NCBI GenBank assembly: GCA_023920165.1
Contig: CP089279.1
Span: 2,666,001 to 2,730,000 of the forward strand
Direction of reading: 5' to 3'
DNA from: Curvularia clavata
Taxonomy: Eukaryota
Length of the DNA: 64,000 nucleotides
The translations under genes and the position numbers were made by a program. Positions 22,789-34,442 of this stretch are shown here, piece after piece; positions within the stretch are counted from its first letter, which is position 1, and each line of letters starts with the position of its first letter. Under the pieces are notes generated by a model, which saw only the letters and a list, made by a program, of their open reading frames with translations, did no database searches and was not told the origin of the DNA.

Positions 22789-23110
22789 ACTAACGCCGCA
22801 ATTACGTATGTTGAAGACAGAACAAAGGCTGGCTTCGTATAGGCGTGAGTAGGAAGTGCGGATATATACATATACTGCTTGTACATTGATGATATGAACA
22901 CAAGTCTCTAGTCTAAAACATCTTCCGCCTCGTATTTGTACCGAAACGCCAACGCTATGCAGTGAAATCTATCCATGAAGTAATCGTACACATGACGTAA
23001 CAAATGAGGAGGGGGATATCTGAGCAGAGATCTAAACCGACACAGAAATTTTCAAAACAGAAAGTCCTCCGCAGACCTGAGGAAAAGACCTGTTGAAGAA
23101 AAAGCCAGTC

Positions 23111-24956
23111 TTAGCCTTTCCTGGTCTCATCTCCTCTAAGTTCACCCCTCGCCATCTTCCTTGCCATAGCTCTCTCCCTTTCCATAGCACCAGCAAGCGT
23201 ATCCATTCTCTTAGCCATGCCTCCCATCTCAGGCGCTCCAGGAGGCATAAAACTATCCCCTCTGCTAATTCCGTTTCTGCTGCCTCCGCCCCAGGCTCCG
23301 AGTCCCCAACCTCCTCCTGAGGCTACTGCTGGCCGTGTTGGCTCCCGAGTGACGAGCGCGCCAGGACCATGTCCGTACATACTGACTCTCTGGACTTTGC
23401 GCAGTCTAAGCAGTCCGTATACCGCAACAATAGCGCCGAAGACTGTGCACCAGGCGCTGATGCCGTAGAATCCATAGTCTGACTCTTCGATGAAGTTCTT
23501 AAGGTTCATACCGTAGAGGGCGGCGACAAACGTTCCGGCTGTTATCGCGAGCGTGAGAATAGAAAACCTAAGATCGAGAAGCATGAGTGAATTGCGGTTG
23601 GCGTCGAGAATGGCTTTGACACTATAGCAGGTCAGTGACTCTGGGGAGTGACTCCGAGGGGAAGGAGACAGCATACATTTCCTCGGTGTTCCTAATACTC
23701 GACACCAAGCCCTCAGCGGCTTGTACGATTTCATCGGCCACCTTGTGGTAAGACTCAAGGAGCATCTCGACTTCGGTGTGATCGTCGTCCTTGCGCACTT
23801 TGCCCTCGGCCTTTTCGGTCAAGTACATGGCGCTCAAATCGTCGTCCGCCTCAAGCAACTCTTCCAATGCATTCCTCACCAATCTTGCCTTTTGTGCGAA
23901 ACTACCCAGTTTCTTGCTGTAAATCAGCAGGTACCTGAGCTTGTCCCGATCGATATCTTCCTCAAGTTCTCTCAGAACTCTTACAACGGGCTCACTGACT
24001 CCTTCGAATTCTTTCTCCAAACTCAGCGTCACACTAATCAAGACTGCTTCCAACGCCCTGAATTCGTATGGAAGGGCACCGTTGAGGGCTGATTCCTTCT
24101 GGCGGAGTCTGAGATCGAGATCGTACATGAAAACAGACTGCGATTTCGAATCTGTAGTACCATACGCGTCGAATACGAGGACACGGTTGTGTTTTAACAA
24201 TACGCGTAGATTGAGAAGGTTTATAAGAATCGCAGAGGGTCGAACAAGGATATGCGGCAGGAGCGAGGAATCGATTTTGCGAAGATCACGGGGAAGAAGG
24301 CCATACTATTCTGGAGCGTTAGTTACGATGTGGTGGTGGTCACTCGCTTTGCGTACCTTTGCGATCAATTCGCTCTTCTTGAACTCTCCGCTGACAAGCG
24401 TCACATTGCCATGCTCGTCCAATTCCGTGCAGCGCATCTTCAGTTCGTTTGTCGGTCGCATTATACGTCCCAGACTACTACCAAATCCCGATGAGCCGGC
24501 GGAATCATCCGGTGGTGGGGGTGGGGGTTGCAATTGCGCCAGCTTCCGCATCTTCCGAGCATTGAAGAGGTTCCATCCATTGTTGGTGCGTGTTGTAGAA
24601 AACGTGCGATGATTGAAGCGGTCGGAACGCTGTAGCGAAGTCTGCGGGGCGTGTCCCAGGGCAAGCGCTCGATCAAGAGCTGGTTGGGGGACTTGGTGCT
24701 CGACTAGACATCTCGAGGTCATGAATCTTCTACCATCATAGTGTCCTCCTTTTGCTAAATGAGTTGTAACTCTCCCAAACGAGCATTTTCCTGGGCTCCG
24801 TCCTATCTGACTGCCGATACCATATGCACGGCATTGCCGGGTGGTGTAGGCGCATTGCGCGATAGGCGATGCGAAAACATTGCTGACCTGAGCCCTCAGG
24901 AAGCTCAAAACCGACGGTGATGGGGTAACAACTCTCTGTACCAGAATCGTCTTCAT
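23111..24956 (-). CDS. MRS2: Mitochondrial inner-membrane magnesium transporter (CorA/Mrs2-Lpe10 family)
   Basis: Exons 24956-24357, 24305-23677 and 23621-23111. Presequence-like N-terminus, YGLLPRDLR, LPYEFRALE, EVEMLLESY, LDANRNSLM, YGMN motif. MRS2 versus LPE10 orthology is not resolved. Confidence 0.9.
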
Positions 24957-25078
24957 AACTTTCCGGTGGAGTCGATACGTATGCGGAACCGATCCATAAG
25001 GTCGTTAATCAAATCTTTGCTTGAGCCCTGTCTGCACGTCATTGCGTTTCCGCGTTCTTGGAAAATCATTTACCGCTA

Positions 25079-25094
25079 GTGACGTCACGTGCAC
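25079..25094. promoter_or_regulatory. Overlapping CRE (TGACGTCA) and E-box (CACGTG) in a short bidirectional promoter
   Basis: GTGACGTCACGTGCAC lies between divergent ATGs at 24956 (-) and 25174 (+). Confidence 0.5.
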
Positions 25095-25173
25095 CCCCTT
25101 ACCACTGTTCCTCACTGCAATCCAATCTCGTGTCCACAAATTCTCTAATCTTCAGTCATTCAAATCCAATGGC

Positions 25174-25557
25174 ATGTCTCATCAGTTTTATAATGCGCTG
25201 ATTCGAACGCATCACATCACGTCGCGTAAAAAGGTTGCCAAACTCAAAGCAGCAGCGTCAAATTGCCATGTATACGCTCTGCTGCGTAGCGGAGGCTGTC
25301 CGGGCATCATGTACTGTCAAGGTTCAGAGTCTGGCGTAAGGGAATGGGTTGCCAACGTTCAGAGATTGCGCTACAAAGATTTTCAGCTGGTGAGAAAGCC
25401 TGCTGAAAACGAGGTTGCCGGGAAGGAAGTAGAGAACGGGATCGAATATGGAAAACTAGAAGAGGTCGATACTGTGAAAGAATTTGGAGAGAGAATGGAG
25501 AGAATCGGCGTTTGGAGATGGTGGAGGAAAGGCATGGGTTATGTAGGCAGCGACTAG
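25174..25557 (+). CDS. Small protein resembling the RWDD2/DUF1115-associated C-terminal domain (HHI...G-x-PG)
   Basis: MSHQFYNALIRTHHITSRKKVAKL...RSGGCPGIMYCQGSESGVREWVANVQRLRYK resembles the SHHI...GKPG...EG...W pattern I recall for RWDD2 proteins. Intronless. Confidence 0.7.
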   Translation: MSHQFYNALIRTHHITSRKKVAKLKAAASNCHVYALLRSGGCPGIMYCQGSESGVREWVANVQRLRYKDFQLVRKPAENEVAGKEVENGIEYGKLEEVDTVKEFGERMERIGVWRWWRKGMGYVGSD

Positions 25558-25840
25558 AGTGCTCTTGCTACGTAAAAATGGGTATGATGTGTCGTTTGGC
25601 TGCAAGCGTCTAGGCGAGATTCTGGATACTGTTGACATAACTTAGCTGAAGACAGCTTACAGTGACGTCCAACAACAATGTGAAATGTTTGATACTGACA
25701 GTATCCTTCTTCTAATCTTCTGCGGACCAAATCCAGCACTGTTTTCTGAGACGGGTCAGGAGCCCAGGCCTTACTCATTTCCCATGTTCTCTGCAACCTC
25801 TATTTGTCCACACCGAGATCTCTTTTGGCGTCTTTTTTCA

Positions 25841-27745
25841 CTAACCAAGCCGAATCTTCTGGCGGGCCTTCTCCGCATGATCAAGGAGATGATGGTGATC
25901 GTAGATAAGGCCTATGCGCTCCCAGTGGTTGCCCATGTTGCCAACAATGAGCACGTAGTTGCTATAACCACGAATACTGTTTACTAGATGGATCGCTAGT
26001 ACGGGGCCAGGTAAGACTGGAACCGATCCTGGGCTCCTCCAGATATAAAAGGTTATTGGTTCGCCCGTTATTAATCTTATAAAAACTTTGTTTTTATCGC
26101 CGTCGGCTTCGATATTGATTACAGGAGATACAAAGGCTTCTACATGAATGAATCGACTGGGGCGGTCTTTGGAGAGCAGACCTTCGCTATAATTGTTCAG
26201 TTCATCATAGCGTAGCTGATATTCTGACAAGCTGCACAAGTCGCCGGACATAAGCTCCACTTCAAATTTTGGTAGACTTTCTGGTTCTGAGGGCTCATCA
26301 TCGAGAGCTCGGGATATAACTAGGGGCCAGTAAACGGCACCGTCATTGTGAGTCCAGGACCAAGTAGGAAATCCCTCGCGGCGTGCTGGCTTGCTAGCAC
26401 TCCAACATAAGCTTTCCGCAAATACCAATTCATGGGAGACATCCTGGCCTTTTGTCATTTCGTATCCGCTACCTCTGAATGGCAGACCCCACAAATGGAG
26501 AACTCCTCGGTCTTTCTGCAGTTGTGACAAGATGCCGAGGAAAGCATTGAGAATATCTACGGGATATGAAAGATGCCTTTCAGAGTAATCTTCAATACAT
26601 TCATAAGTTGTCAAATCACCCAATGACTGGTAACTTGGAACCGCTTTTGATACTGCTTTTGACAACCCATCGTCCGATTCGCATTCGATTTCGTTGTTAT
26701 GCCCAAGGAACAATTGTTTGTCGGTAAAGTATAACTGATGTTTCGACAGCAAAGCCTCTTGAAAAGTCCAACCTCTTGTCGCCCAGACGCTGTTCTCGAT
26801 CTCTTTTGTCGCAGGAGCTCCCAATAAGTAGCCGAGGTCTTGGAATTTAAGGGATGGATACGGTGTGCGCGGACGAGAGACTCCCGGTAGGCCATAGGTA
26901 GAGTCTGCCCCTGCACAGGCAATGACAGTCAATGCAGATTGCGAATAAACATTGTCCATTTGTTGAATTTGCTGCGCGCGCACATCATGGCTTCCATAGA
27001 TGCAATAGCGGTCGACCCACAAGTAACGGAAGCCTAGTTTTAAACAAACAGTGATGCAATCTTCAATGGTAGAGGGTAGCTGCAATGGGAGTGATTCAGG
27101 CTCATCTTTTCCAGAGCCTGGTGCAATTTTACCAGAGTCTACAGAGCCCCAAACATAGCTGAGAGTGACGTATGGCTCCTTCTCTGGGAGGATAATAAGC
27201 TTTCGCATAGTGCAGTCAATGACCTTTAATGGTACAGTCGATTGCAGATTTTCAGCCAGCTCATTTCGAGGTTCTGGATAGGGGATTTTTCGATTCATCC
27301 ATTCGGTTATTGTCGCGTATGAAATCAGCGGGGGTACCATTTTTGGCTGACCTAATGTCCGTTGCCCTTTGCTAGTAATGGAGACTATTGTGTCAAGAAA
27401 AAATGTCATTGATGAACCTGAATCAGGGGATAGAGACAGGTGCAAAGTTTTGATGTCTGGATTCTCCAAGGGTTGTGTCCAGAGCTCCAGGTAAGTTCGT
27501 ACGCGCTGTCCAGTGCACTGAAGCTGAACTCTATTCTTGATTAGCCAAGACATGACAGAGAGGTGTTCGTACCTCATTGGCAAGCTCTTGAGCAAAAAGC
27601 TGCACAGTGAACATGCTTCGGTCCATTCATCGGGAGATGGGATTTCCCATACGTGAGAATTCTCACTTTCTTCCCCTGAGAAACACAGATCAAATGGGAT
27701 TTTACTACAGATGGAACATAATTGAAATCCTGGGGCTTCATCCAT
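25841..27745 (-). CDS. Heterokaryon-incompatibility (HET, PF06985) domain protein
   Basis: Intronless 634-aa ORF. PYVTLSYVWG, LPSTIEDCI, YLWVDRYCI, QIQQMDNVYSQS, WATRGWTFQEALLS, FPTWSW; N-terminal CxxC pairs. Confidence 0.93.
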   Translation of the reverse strand: MDEAPGFQLCSICSKIPFDLCFSGEESENSHVWEIPSPDEWTEACSLCSFLLKSLPMRYEHLSVMSWLIKNRVQLQCTGQRVRTYLELWTQPLENPDIKTLHLSLSPDSGSSMTFFLDTIVSITSKGQRTLGQPKMVPPLISYATITEWMNRKIPYPEPRNELAENLQSTVPLKVIDCTMRKLIILPEKEPYVTLSYVWGSVDSGKIAPGSGKDEPESLPLQLPSTIEDCITVCLKLGFRYLWVDRYCIYGSHDVRAQQIQQMDNVYSQSALTVIACAGADSTYGLPGVSRPRTPYPSLKFQDLGYLLGAPATKEIENSVWATRGWTFQEALLSKHQLYFTDKQLFLGHNNEIECESDDGLSKAVSKAVPSYQSLGDLTTYECIEDYSERHLSYPVDILNAFLGILSQLQKDRGVLHLWGLPFRGSGYEMTKGQDVSHELVFAESLCWSASKPARREGFPTWSWTHNDGAVYWPLVISRALDDEPSEPESLPKFEVELMSGDLCSLSEYQLRYDELNNYSEGLLSKDRPSRFIHVEAFVSPVINIEADGDKNKVFIRLITGEPITFYIWRSPGSVPVLPGPVLAIHLVNSIRGYSNYVLIVGNMGNHWERIGLIYDHHHLLDHAEKARQKIRLG

Positions 27746-28185
27746 CGTGTAATTTTAAGCAACATAGAATCGAGAAGTAAGCCAAAGGATAAAAAACAAA
27801 AACAACAGGATAGCAAATGTGTTGCAGCCAAGTGTTGAAAAAATGTTGCCTAGAGCTGACTCGATATGGAAGTGGGGCTAGTTAGGTAACCCAACAAGTA
27901 GTGCCTACGTAAGTGATATCCTATTACTGCATGACACTCTCCAACCTAACAAAAAATACAGCACGCTTTGTTATTTGCTTTAGAACTTCAACCACTGAAT
28001 AAATGCTTAGGATCACTTAAAGCATAACCAGAGGCACCTTAGGTCGAGCTTTGACTGAAACTGACCGTGCGTGCATATCCGTCCATGTTAAACGCGAGCT
28101 TTAGAAAATTAAGCAATAGTAATTAGATTCGATACTAGACAAACCTAATATGCTATCTGTTCTCTTCCAACATCACCACCGTATT

Positions 28186-30045
28186 TTAATACTCTTTCGC
28201 AAGCTTGCTCCTCGCACGCAACAAATGTCCGTACTTGAACATGACGAACGGAATCAAACTCAACACCGTTCCAAATAGCGCAAGAATCAAACCAGCGTAC
28301 TGACTGCCTACGTTGTGGAAGAAGGCGCTCGCAAAAAGTGGTGTCACCGCGCCAAGTGTATTTCTCATAAGTCCTTGACCAGCAATAGCCGACGAAGACG
28401 TATCGCCGTAGCAGTCGGCCGTGTACGAGTACGTGCTTTCGAAGACGAAGTAGATACCAAAAGCGATAGGGGCGAGACCGATGACAGGTCCGACCCAGCT
28501 GAGGTGTTGGTATTGCGTGAAGGAGTAGATAAACAGGCCGATAGGAAGCCAAACCGCACCAAACATGGCACCATAAAGACGATGCTCGGGGACGACGCGC
28601 ACGTTGGGATCTGCTTGCAGTTTATTGTATTTCATCATTTGGAGGTGGTGAGCGGCCCAGCCGAGGACCGTGCCGACAGCGAGAGAGATGTAGGGCAGGC
28701 CGCTAACTCCTTCGTTCCAGCCGCGCTTCTCGGTGAAGGTAATTGGGATGACCGATAAAAACAGGAAGACCACAGCCCAGCAGAAAGCAATCCAGAGGCC
28801 GAAGGCGAACACGACGGGTTCAGTGACCAACATACGGATGGCCTTGACGGAGGATGCTTTGAGCATAGACTTGACGTCAGGGGTGTAGATATCATCTTCA
28901 GCGACGTAGCGCTCGTCACCAGTTGCCTTTTGAAGCTGTTTCGCGCGCTTGTGGAGTTTAGCACCGCCACGAGTCTCCGGGAAGAAGACGAAGATGAGAA
29001 TTAGCAGAGGAATGTTGGCCAGTCCCTGGACACCCTCCACCCAACGCCAGCCGAGAGCTTGGTCGATAAAGCCGGCGTAGATTGGCGCGGCGACTGTACC
29101 GAAGATAGCTACAAAACTGAACATGGCCATGGGTCGACCTCGCTTGTGGGGTTCGTACATATCATCAAACGTTCCGCCGACAAGGATGGTACCCACACAT
29201 CCAAAAAGACCGAGGAGCAAGCGGAGACCGATGATGGTCGAGATACTTTGTGCCAATGCGAGTCCAATGAAGATGAGCGAGAAGCACAAGAAGGCACTGG
29301 CGTATACGATTTTGCGACCAACAAGTTCACAAAATGGGGCCAGCACCATGGGAGCAATGGCGCAGGAGATGTTGAAAGTGAACAGTCCAAGCTGTCCGTA
29401 TATGGTGTCGACACCAAACTCCTCACACATTTTGTTGATACCCGAGCTGTAAGCTGTCGTCGCGAGACCAATGAACAGGGTCATCAAGTTCAGCATCGTG
29501 GTGATGCTGCGCTTGTACCATGGGTTCCAGTTGAAAGGATTCTCCTTGTCGCCTGTCGCGAAGCTGATGACAATGTACTCCTTGCCTTCGTGGTTGACCA
29601 TCTCGGTCAAGGTAAGAGGCATGTCGCAGTCCACACGCTTGATAGGTCCACAAGCCGGGTCGATGTCCTCGATATCATCTGTAAGATATTTTCCACCAGC
29701 GATCCTTCCAATCAGAAGCTCGCCCTTCTCGTTGCGGAGAATCTCCGAGTTCATGGACGCGTTATCTTCATTTGCGAGCTTACTGTTCACCCTGGACAGA
29801 AAAGCGGGTGTGGAGGCACCGGTATGAGGCGCAGTATTGGCGGCAGTGTTCGCAGCAGTTTGAGCGGCAGTTGAGCCGTCGATAGTATACGGAATAGAGC
29901 CGTTTCGGGGCGTTGTTATCGATCCGTTTCGAGGTGTGACTGGCGCGCTTTGAGCCACTCGGTAGGACGAATTTGCTCTTGACGCTGCAAGAGACGGAGG
30001 CCGCGAGGACTTGGTGTAAAAGGATGGCCCGTAGTAACCAGACAT
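28186..30045 (-). CDS. MFS transporter, DHA1 family (Bsu1/polyamine/drug antiporter-like)
   Basis: Intronless; ATG at 30045. DKENPFNW, LAPFCELVGRK, RLLLGLFG, GGTFDDMY, LGWRW, PETRG, PEHRL; about 12 hydrophobic segments. Confidence 0.92.
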   Translation of the reverse strand: MSGYYGPSFYTKSSRPPSLAASRANSSYRVAQSAPVTPRNGSITTPRNGSIPYTIDGSTAAQTAANTAANTAPHTGASTPAFLSRVNSKLANEDNASMNSEILRNEKGELLIGRIAGGKYLTDDIEDIDPACGPIKRVDCDMPLTLTEMVNHEGKEYIVISFATGDKENPFNWNPWYKRSITTMLNLMTLFIGLATTAYSSGINKMCEEFGVDTIYGQLGLFTFNISCAIAPMVLAPFCELVGRKIVYASAFLCFSLIFIGLALAQSISTIIGLRLLLGLFGCVGTILVGGTFDDMYEPHKRGRPMAMFSFVAIFGTVAAPIYAGFIDQALGWRWVEGVQGLANIPLLILIFVFFPETRGGAKLHKRAKQLQKATGDERYVAEDDIYTPDVKSMLKASSVKAIRMLVTEPVVFAFGLWIAFCWAVVFLFLSVIPITFTEKRGWNEGVSGLPYISLAVGTVLGWAAHHLQMMKYNKLQADPNVRVVPEHRLYGAMFGAVWLPIGLFIYSFTQYQHLSWVGPVIGLAPIAFGIYFVFESTYSYTADCYGDTSSSAIAGQGLMRNTLGAVTPLFASAFFHNVGSQYAGLILALFGTVLSLIPFVMFKYGHLLRARSKLAKEY

Positions 30046-31551
30046 ATTGGTCAAAGCTTGAGGGAAATTGTGCTTGAGGAAGCAAACGGCGAGTGCGGGT
30101 GGGACACAATGATAAAGGATGGCTATGGCTTCTTCCCCAGGACTAACAAGGACATAGAAGGATCTAACTCATCGACACCGGTGAGGTACCGGCGTCATAG
30201 AGAAGCAGGGGCGGTGTGGATTGATAGCCATTTAGTCCATCTCTCGACCGTAAACGCCCGACAAACCGGACTCAAGCAGGATGCCAAAGTAAAAGGCACC
30301 CATGTGGTCTCACCTTCAACGTCATAATGTCTGTGCGCAAGAGCTCACAGCATCGCTTTGGTGGCCTTCAGGAGAACAATCGGACAAAAATTTGATATCT
30401 GTAACGTGTACCGCCACTATGCGGTCTAGCGTTCAGTATCGGGGGAAGAGTTTGGTGTTGAGGCTCTGCGGGACTCCACTTAGCGTGCGGATCAGTCGGT
30501 AGATTCGCGGCATGACGTCGTGCGTGGGTATCGTGAGCCCAGAATTTGCATATGCTTCGACGAGACCTAGATCGCAGGATATGCATGGCAGCCGTAAAGG
30601 CCCGAGCACGCGGCTGTCAGCAGCATCTGTGTGGTCCGATCTAGGAGTTTTGATAAACCCTCCGGCCGTGATAGTGATTCTCAGGCCCCTGCTGAGAACG
30701 ACATCTTTGCCCTGTTCAATACCAGGATGGTTTACCGAACTCAAACCTAGTTGCTTCATGATCTCTATATGTAAGCGATGAGTGGCAACACCGTACGCGG
30801 TTCTTTCGTCATACACAGTGAAGCCGTTTCCAAACACATGGAGACAGGATGGCTTTCGGGTGGACTGGAAAACGTTACATCGATAGCTGCTTTCCGTCAG
30901 CACACAATAGTTTGTCAGTACACTCAAAGTAGAATGCAGGGCAGAGCATACTCCTAGAACAGTCAACGGTTAGTTACTATGAGTCGAAGTCATAGCAGGC
31001 TAACTTTTTTGACATGGCAAGGTCGACACTGCGATCTTAGGTAATCAGTCCAATTGATGCGAACGAATTTGAGCGCCATTCTAGGTATCAAGTAGCAGGG
31101 GTGCACATGCGTGCCTAGGTTCCTGTGTTATGCTGCTACTGTGAGATCATATCACTACTAATGTAGCATCCAGGGTGCAACACGGAAATGTAAAGCTGGC
31201 GAGACCACAACACGTATTGAAACCGCTGGGCAATTTTTTCTTGTTCCAAGAACGGTCTTGATCGGTGCTTTGGGCATACAAAGAACACGAACATGAAGTC
31301 GTTTGTCTCACATGAATGTTAGGAGATACTAGCAGACACCGGGTAGCGTCAGTGCAATTATTGCGCGTATTCCCTTGTCGAGCAGCGGTCTGCTTGGTCA
31401 TGAAGGTGCCATTGTTTTGTATGAATTCCTGATAAACCCATGATCGTTATGAGACCGGCATCCGAATGCTGCATTGAGCGATGTTATCGGAGCATGATTG
31501 CCGATGCAGAGAAAACGCTCTAAGAACTCCACCCCAGTGCCCAATGTTCCC

Positions 31552-32028
31552 TTAAACCTCAGCAATCTCACGGAGACGGCGGATTGTTGACCTTGTGGCG
31601 GCGGCGGCGGGAGTACTGATATCCTTGTTAGTAATGTTCTGATATAATTTGCGACTCTGCTCCTCGGGTCACGCTGCGCTCGGGGTGTCCAGGGGTGTCT
31701 TACGAGACGGTGTAGGCTCCTCCGGCGGTCGTCTTGCGGCAGGATCGGCAGTTCCAGATACCAACGGCCTCGCGCTTGACAGAGTTCTTTCCGCAGAACT
31801 GGCAGACGTAGCGGGCGTGCTGTGTGATCTATCGTGGTCGTGAGCGACTGGTTCTGTGGGCAACGCGTAATTACTGGGTAATGCGCACCTCCATCTTCTT
31901 GACCTGCTTTCGGAGCGAGGCACCGTAACGGGTACCGTACTTTCCGGTGATGCCGACCTTCTTTGTGCCTACATGGCCGTCAATAATTATCTTCTCCGCA
32001 CTCGTAGGGCATACGCACGCTTCGTCAT
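31552..32028 (-). CDS. RPL43: 60S ribosomal protein eL43 (L37a)
   Basis: Exons 32028-32019, 31968-31889, 31828-31704 and 31615-31552 give [92 protein letters not shown]. Confidence 0.98.
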
Positions 32029-32121
32029 TTTGGCGGTTGTGTTTGATAGACGATGAGGAGTGGTCGAGGCTGGTAAGTGCGAGTAGGAGATGGTGGGCGG
32101 CTCGAAATTCTAAGCGAGCCG

Positions 32122-32129
32122 TCACGTGA
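32122..32129. promoter_or_regulatory. Cbf1-type E-box TCACGTGA upstream of RPL43
   Basis: Palindrome about 95 bp upstream of the RPL43 ATG. Cbf1 sites are known in ribosomal-protein promoters of several ascomycetes. Confidence 0.5.
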
Positions 32130-33043
32130 TGCGGCCCTGGAAGAACTAGTGTCCGGCCATTTTAGAGAACCACAACAGAGCACCAACACCGACTACTTTT
32201 TCGCTAGCAGTGCAATGGGTGAGTGCCTGCGTTTGATGCGTCGACTAGACTGTTCAGTAACCCTTTATTATGGCGGCGCCGCCTGTTGTTGACCTTCCAC
32301 AACGTATCCGGTTGTGTTATGGGCGCCAAGCACTTTGCAGCATCGGATCATCACTACTCGACGGTCTTTGTTCAGTTTCACCACACAATGTCACCACAAG
32401 GTAGTGCCCGCGTATAGCATCGGAAAGTCTGGGTGGAAATATGCTCCACTTTCAGGTCATGCCTAGGCGTCGACGTGTACATCGAGGCTGGACATCCCGG
32501 CAATATACATTCCGTTACAATTAACAGGATTCGTCGAACGTTTTTCACGTCACAAGCGCCCTTGGGGCTTGGCCGTTGGAACATAGAAGGCGCAGCTATG
32601 TAAATATTTTGGAACTAGGCTACCGACATTGTTGAGCGCGTGGCAGCCAGTGGCTGAAACAACATTGAAACCGAAACGGCTGACAAGCACCCAAGGCGCC
32701 GATAGACCACGGAGAATACACCTACCGAGACTCCATGCGCTTATTGTCTGAAGACGAATGGATCTGCAATGCTGAGGTCTATTTTGATCTGGTTTTAGTG
32801 GGATCCTGCGACTTTCCTGGGGTGGCCATGCCTTGGATAACCTGGGGCGGAAAATTTAGCGTAGATCTCGGTCTCTCTATACCTCAATGCATCCAAATAT
32901 GACTGAGGATGTATATAACCTAGGGCTGCAAGTTACCTGGGAACTAAAGGCAAGCCTCGTCTCGACTCTAAGCAGCGCTTAAGTCATATTGACTTTTCTT
33001 TGAATATTTCTCATAACCTTTGCGTATTTTTAATTCGATAACC

Positions 33044-34167
33044 ATGAGTTCCCGCTACTACTGGCCAGTAGCAATCTTAGCAGCTCTCGCATCGCAGGTA
33101 GCAGCACAAGGCCGAAGTATCATACCTCAAGATCTCCAGGCCGGATTCACTGCGGGCGGCGACGAAGTCCAAGTCAGCTTTACTGGCAAAGCAGTTGACG
33201 GCTTCCAGGATGGAACAGTGTTTGAAAAAGATGGTGAGTGACTTGTAGCAGTCTCTAAGAAGTTAGTCACTGATATCTATCAGCCGTAGCAAAAGAACCG
33301 ACATTTGCGCTGGGTGATAGTAACGGCATTTCTCCAACAACTTTATATACCATTATCATGGTAGACACAACATGTCCAAACGCTCGCAGGTTACACTATG
33401 CTCGCGCAAATTTCAAGAATAACTTTGATATTACGAACATTGCCACCGACTCTCCACCTATCGTCGATTACGTTGCCCCCGGTTCTGTGGGCGAGAAGGG
33501 TGACAACAGGCAATACAGTTTCTTGATGTACCTCAATCCTGGAAGAAAAGAAATCACCAATCTGCAATTACCAGGAAACAACGAGGCGTTCGATGTCAAG
33601 AAATTCCAAGATGACAATGGGCTTCAAGACGCGTTGGCAGGTGTGGGTATGGTAGTGAAGCTTGGAGGCGAAGCAAATTGCGAGGGCGGAGGAGCGATTG
33701 AGCCACCCAGTAATTCTCCGACAGCCACTTCGGCAAGTAGTGCGACCAGGCCTGCATCGAGGACAAGTGCAGCAGCGAGTTCTAGTGAAGCAGCTAGTAC
33801 TACGCGGTCCGCGGTCCCAGAGGTGCCTCAAAGCACTGTTACGACTTCACCGACCGCGAGTGGTCCTGGTGGACAGAGGAACAGCACATCCGCATCGCCG
33901 CCAAGGCCTTCACGGAGCCCAGCAAATCCGGCGGTCTCTTCACCGGTCGCCCTTCCATCTGAGACACCTGAATCACCGGAGTCACCTGAGACGCCAGTGC
34001 CATCTGGTATCTCTACCGTCCCTGTGCCAAACTCAAGTGGTGCAGGTACCCCGACATCGAGTGCTAATCCGGCCCAGCAAACTGCAAATGCTGCTCCTGG
34101 AGGCTACCGAAACTATAACTGCGAGATTTTTGCATTGGCCATGGCGCTTGGTGTTCTGGTTGTTTGA
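33044..34167 (+). CDS. Secreted, probably GPI-anchored PEBP-like protein with Ser/Thr/Pro-rich stalk
   Basis: Exons 33044-33233 and 33284-34167. Signal peptide (VAILAALASQVAA), YTIIMVD...LHY...YVAP...RQYSFLMY (PEBP-like), S/T-rich region and hydrophobic C-terminus. Confidence 0.82.
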
Positions 34168-34442
34168 GCAAAAGTCCTTGAACTTGTTTTCAAGCATCGC
34201 GTTTCTCTATCATGGATAGCCCAATGTCTAGACGTATAGCATATGTAGTTGATGATATCTTACAATGTAATGTACAATGAACTATCACCCACTAAACACG
34301 AGCAGAGGAACTTGCGAACAAGTCGCTATTGTATTGATAATTGCACCCTTTGTTCTGCCAACTTCCTGTTTATCGGGGCGTGCAACTCCATGGCCTTTCA
34401 AATATTCATGCTTCCATCTGCTGTACGTAATGCACATAGTAA

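Noticed and set aside
30046..31550. TPP riboswitch upstream of the Bsu1-like MFS gene; hairpins at about 30678-30698 and 31091-31140
   Set aside because: The TPP aptamer core (CTGAGA ... TGATC...TAAT...GCG) is not present in order on the sense strand; 7-8 bp stems are at chance level.
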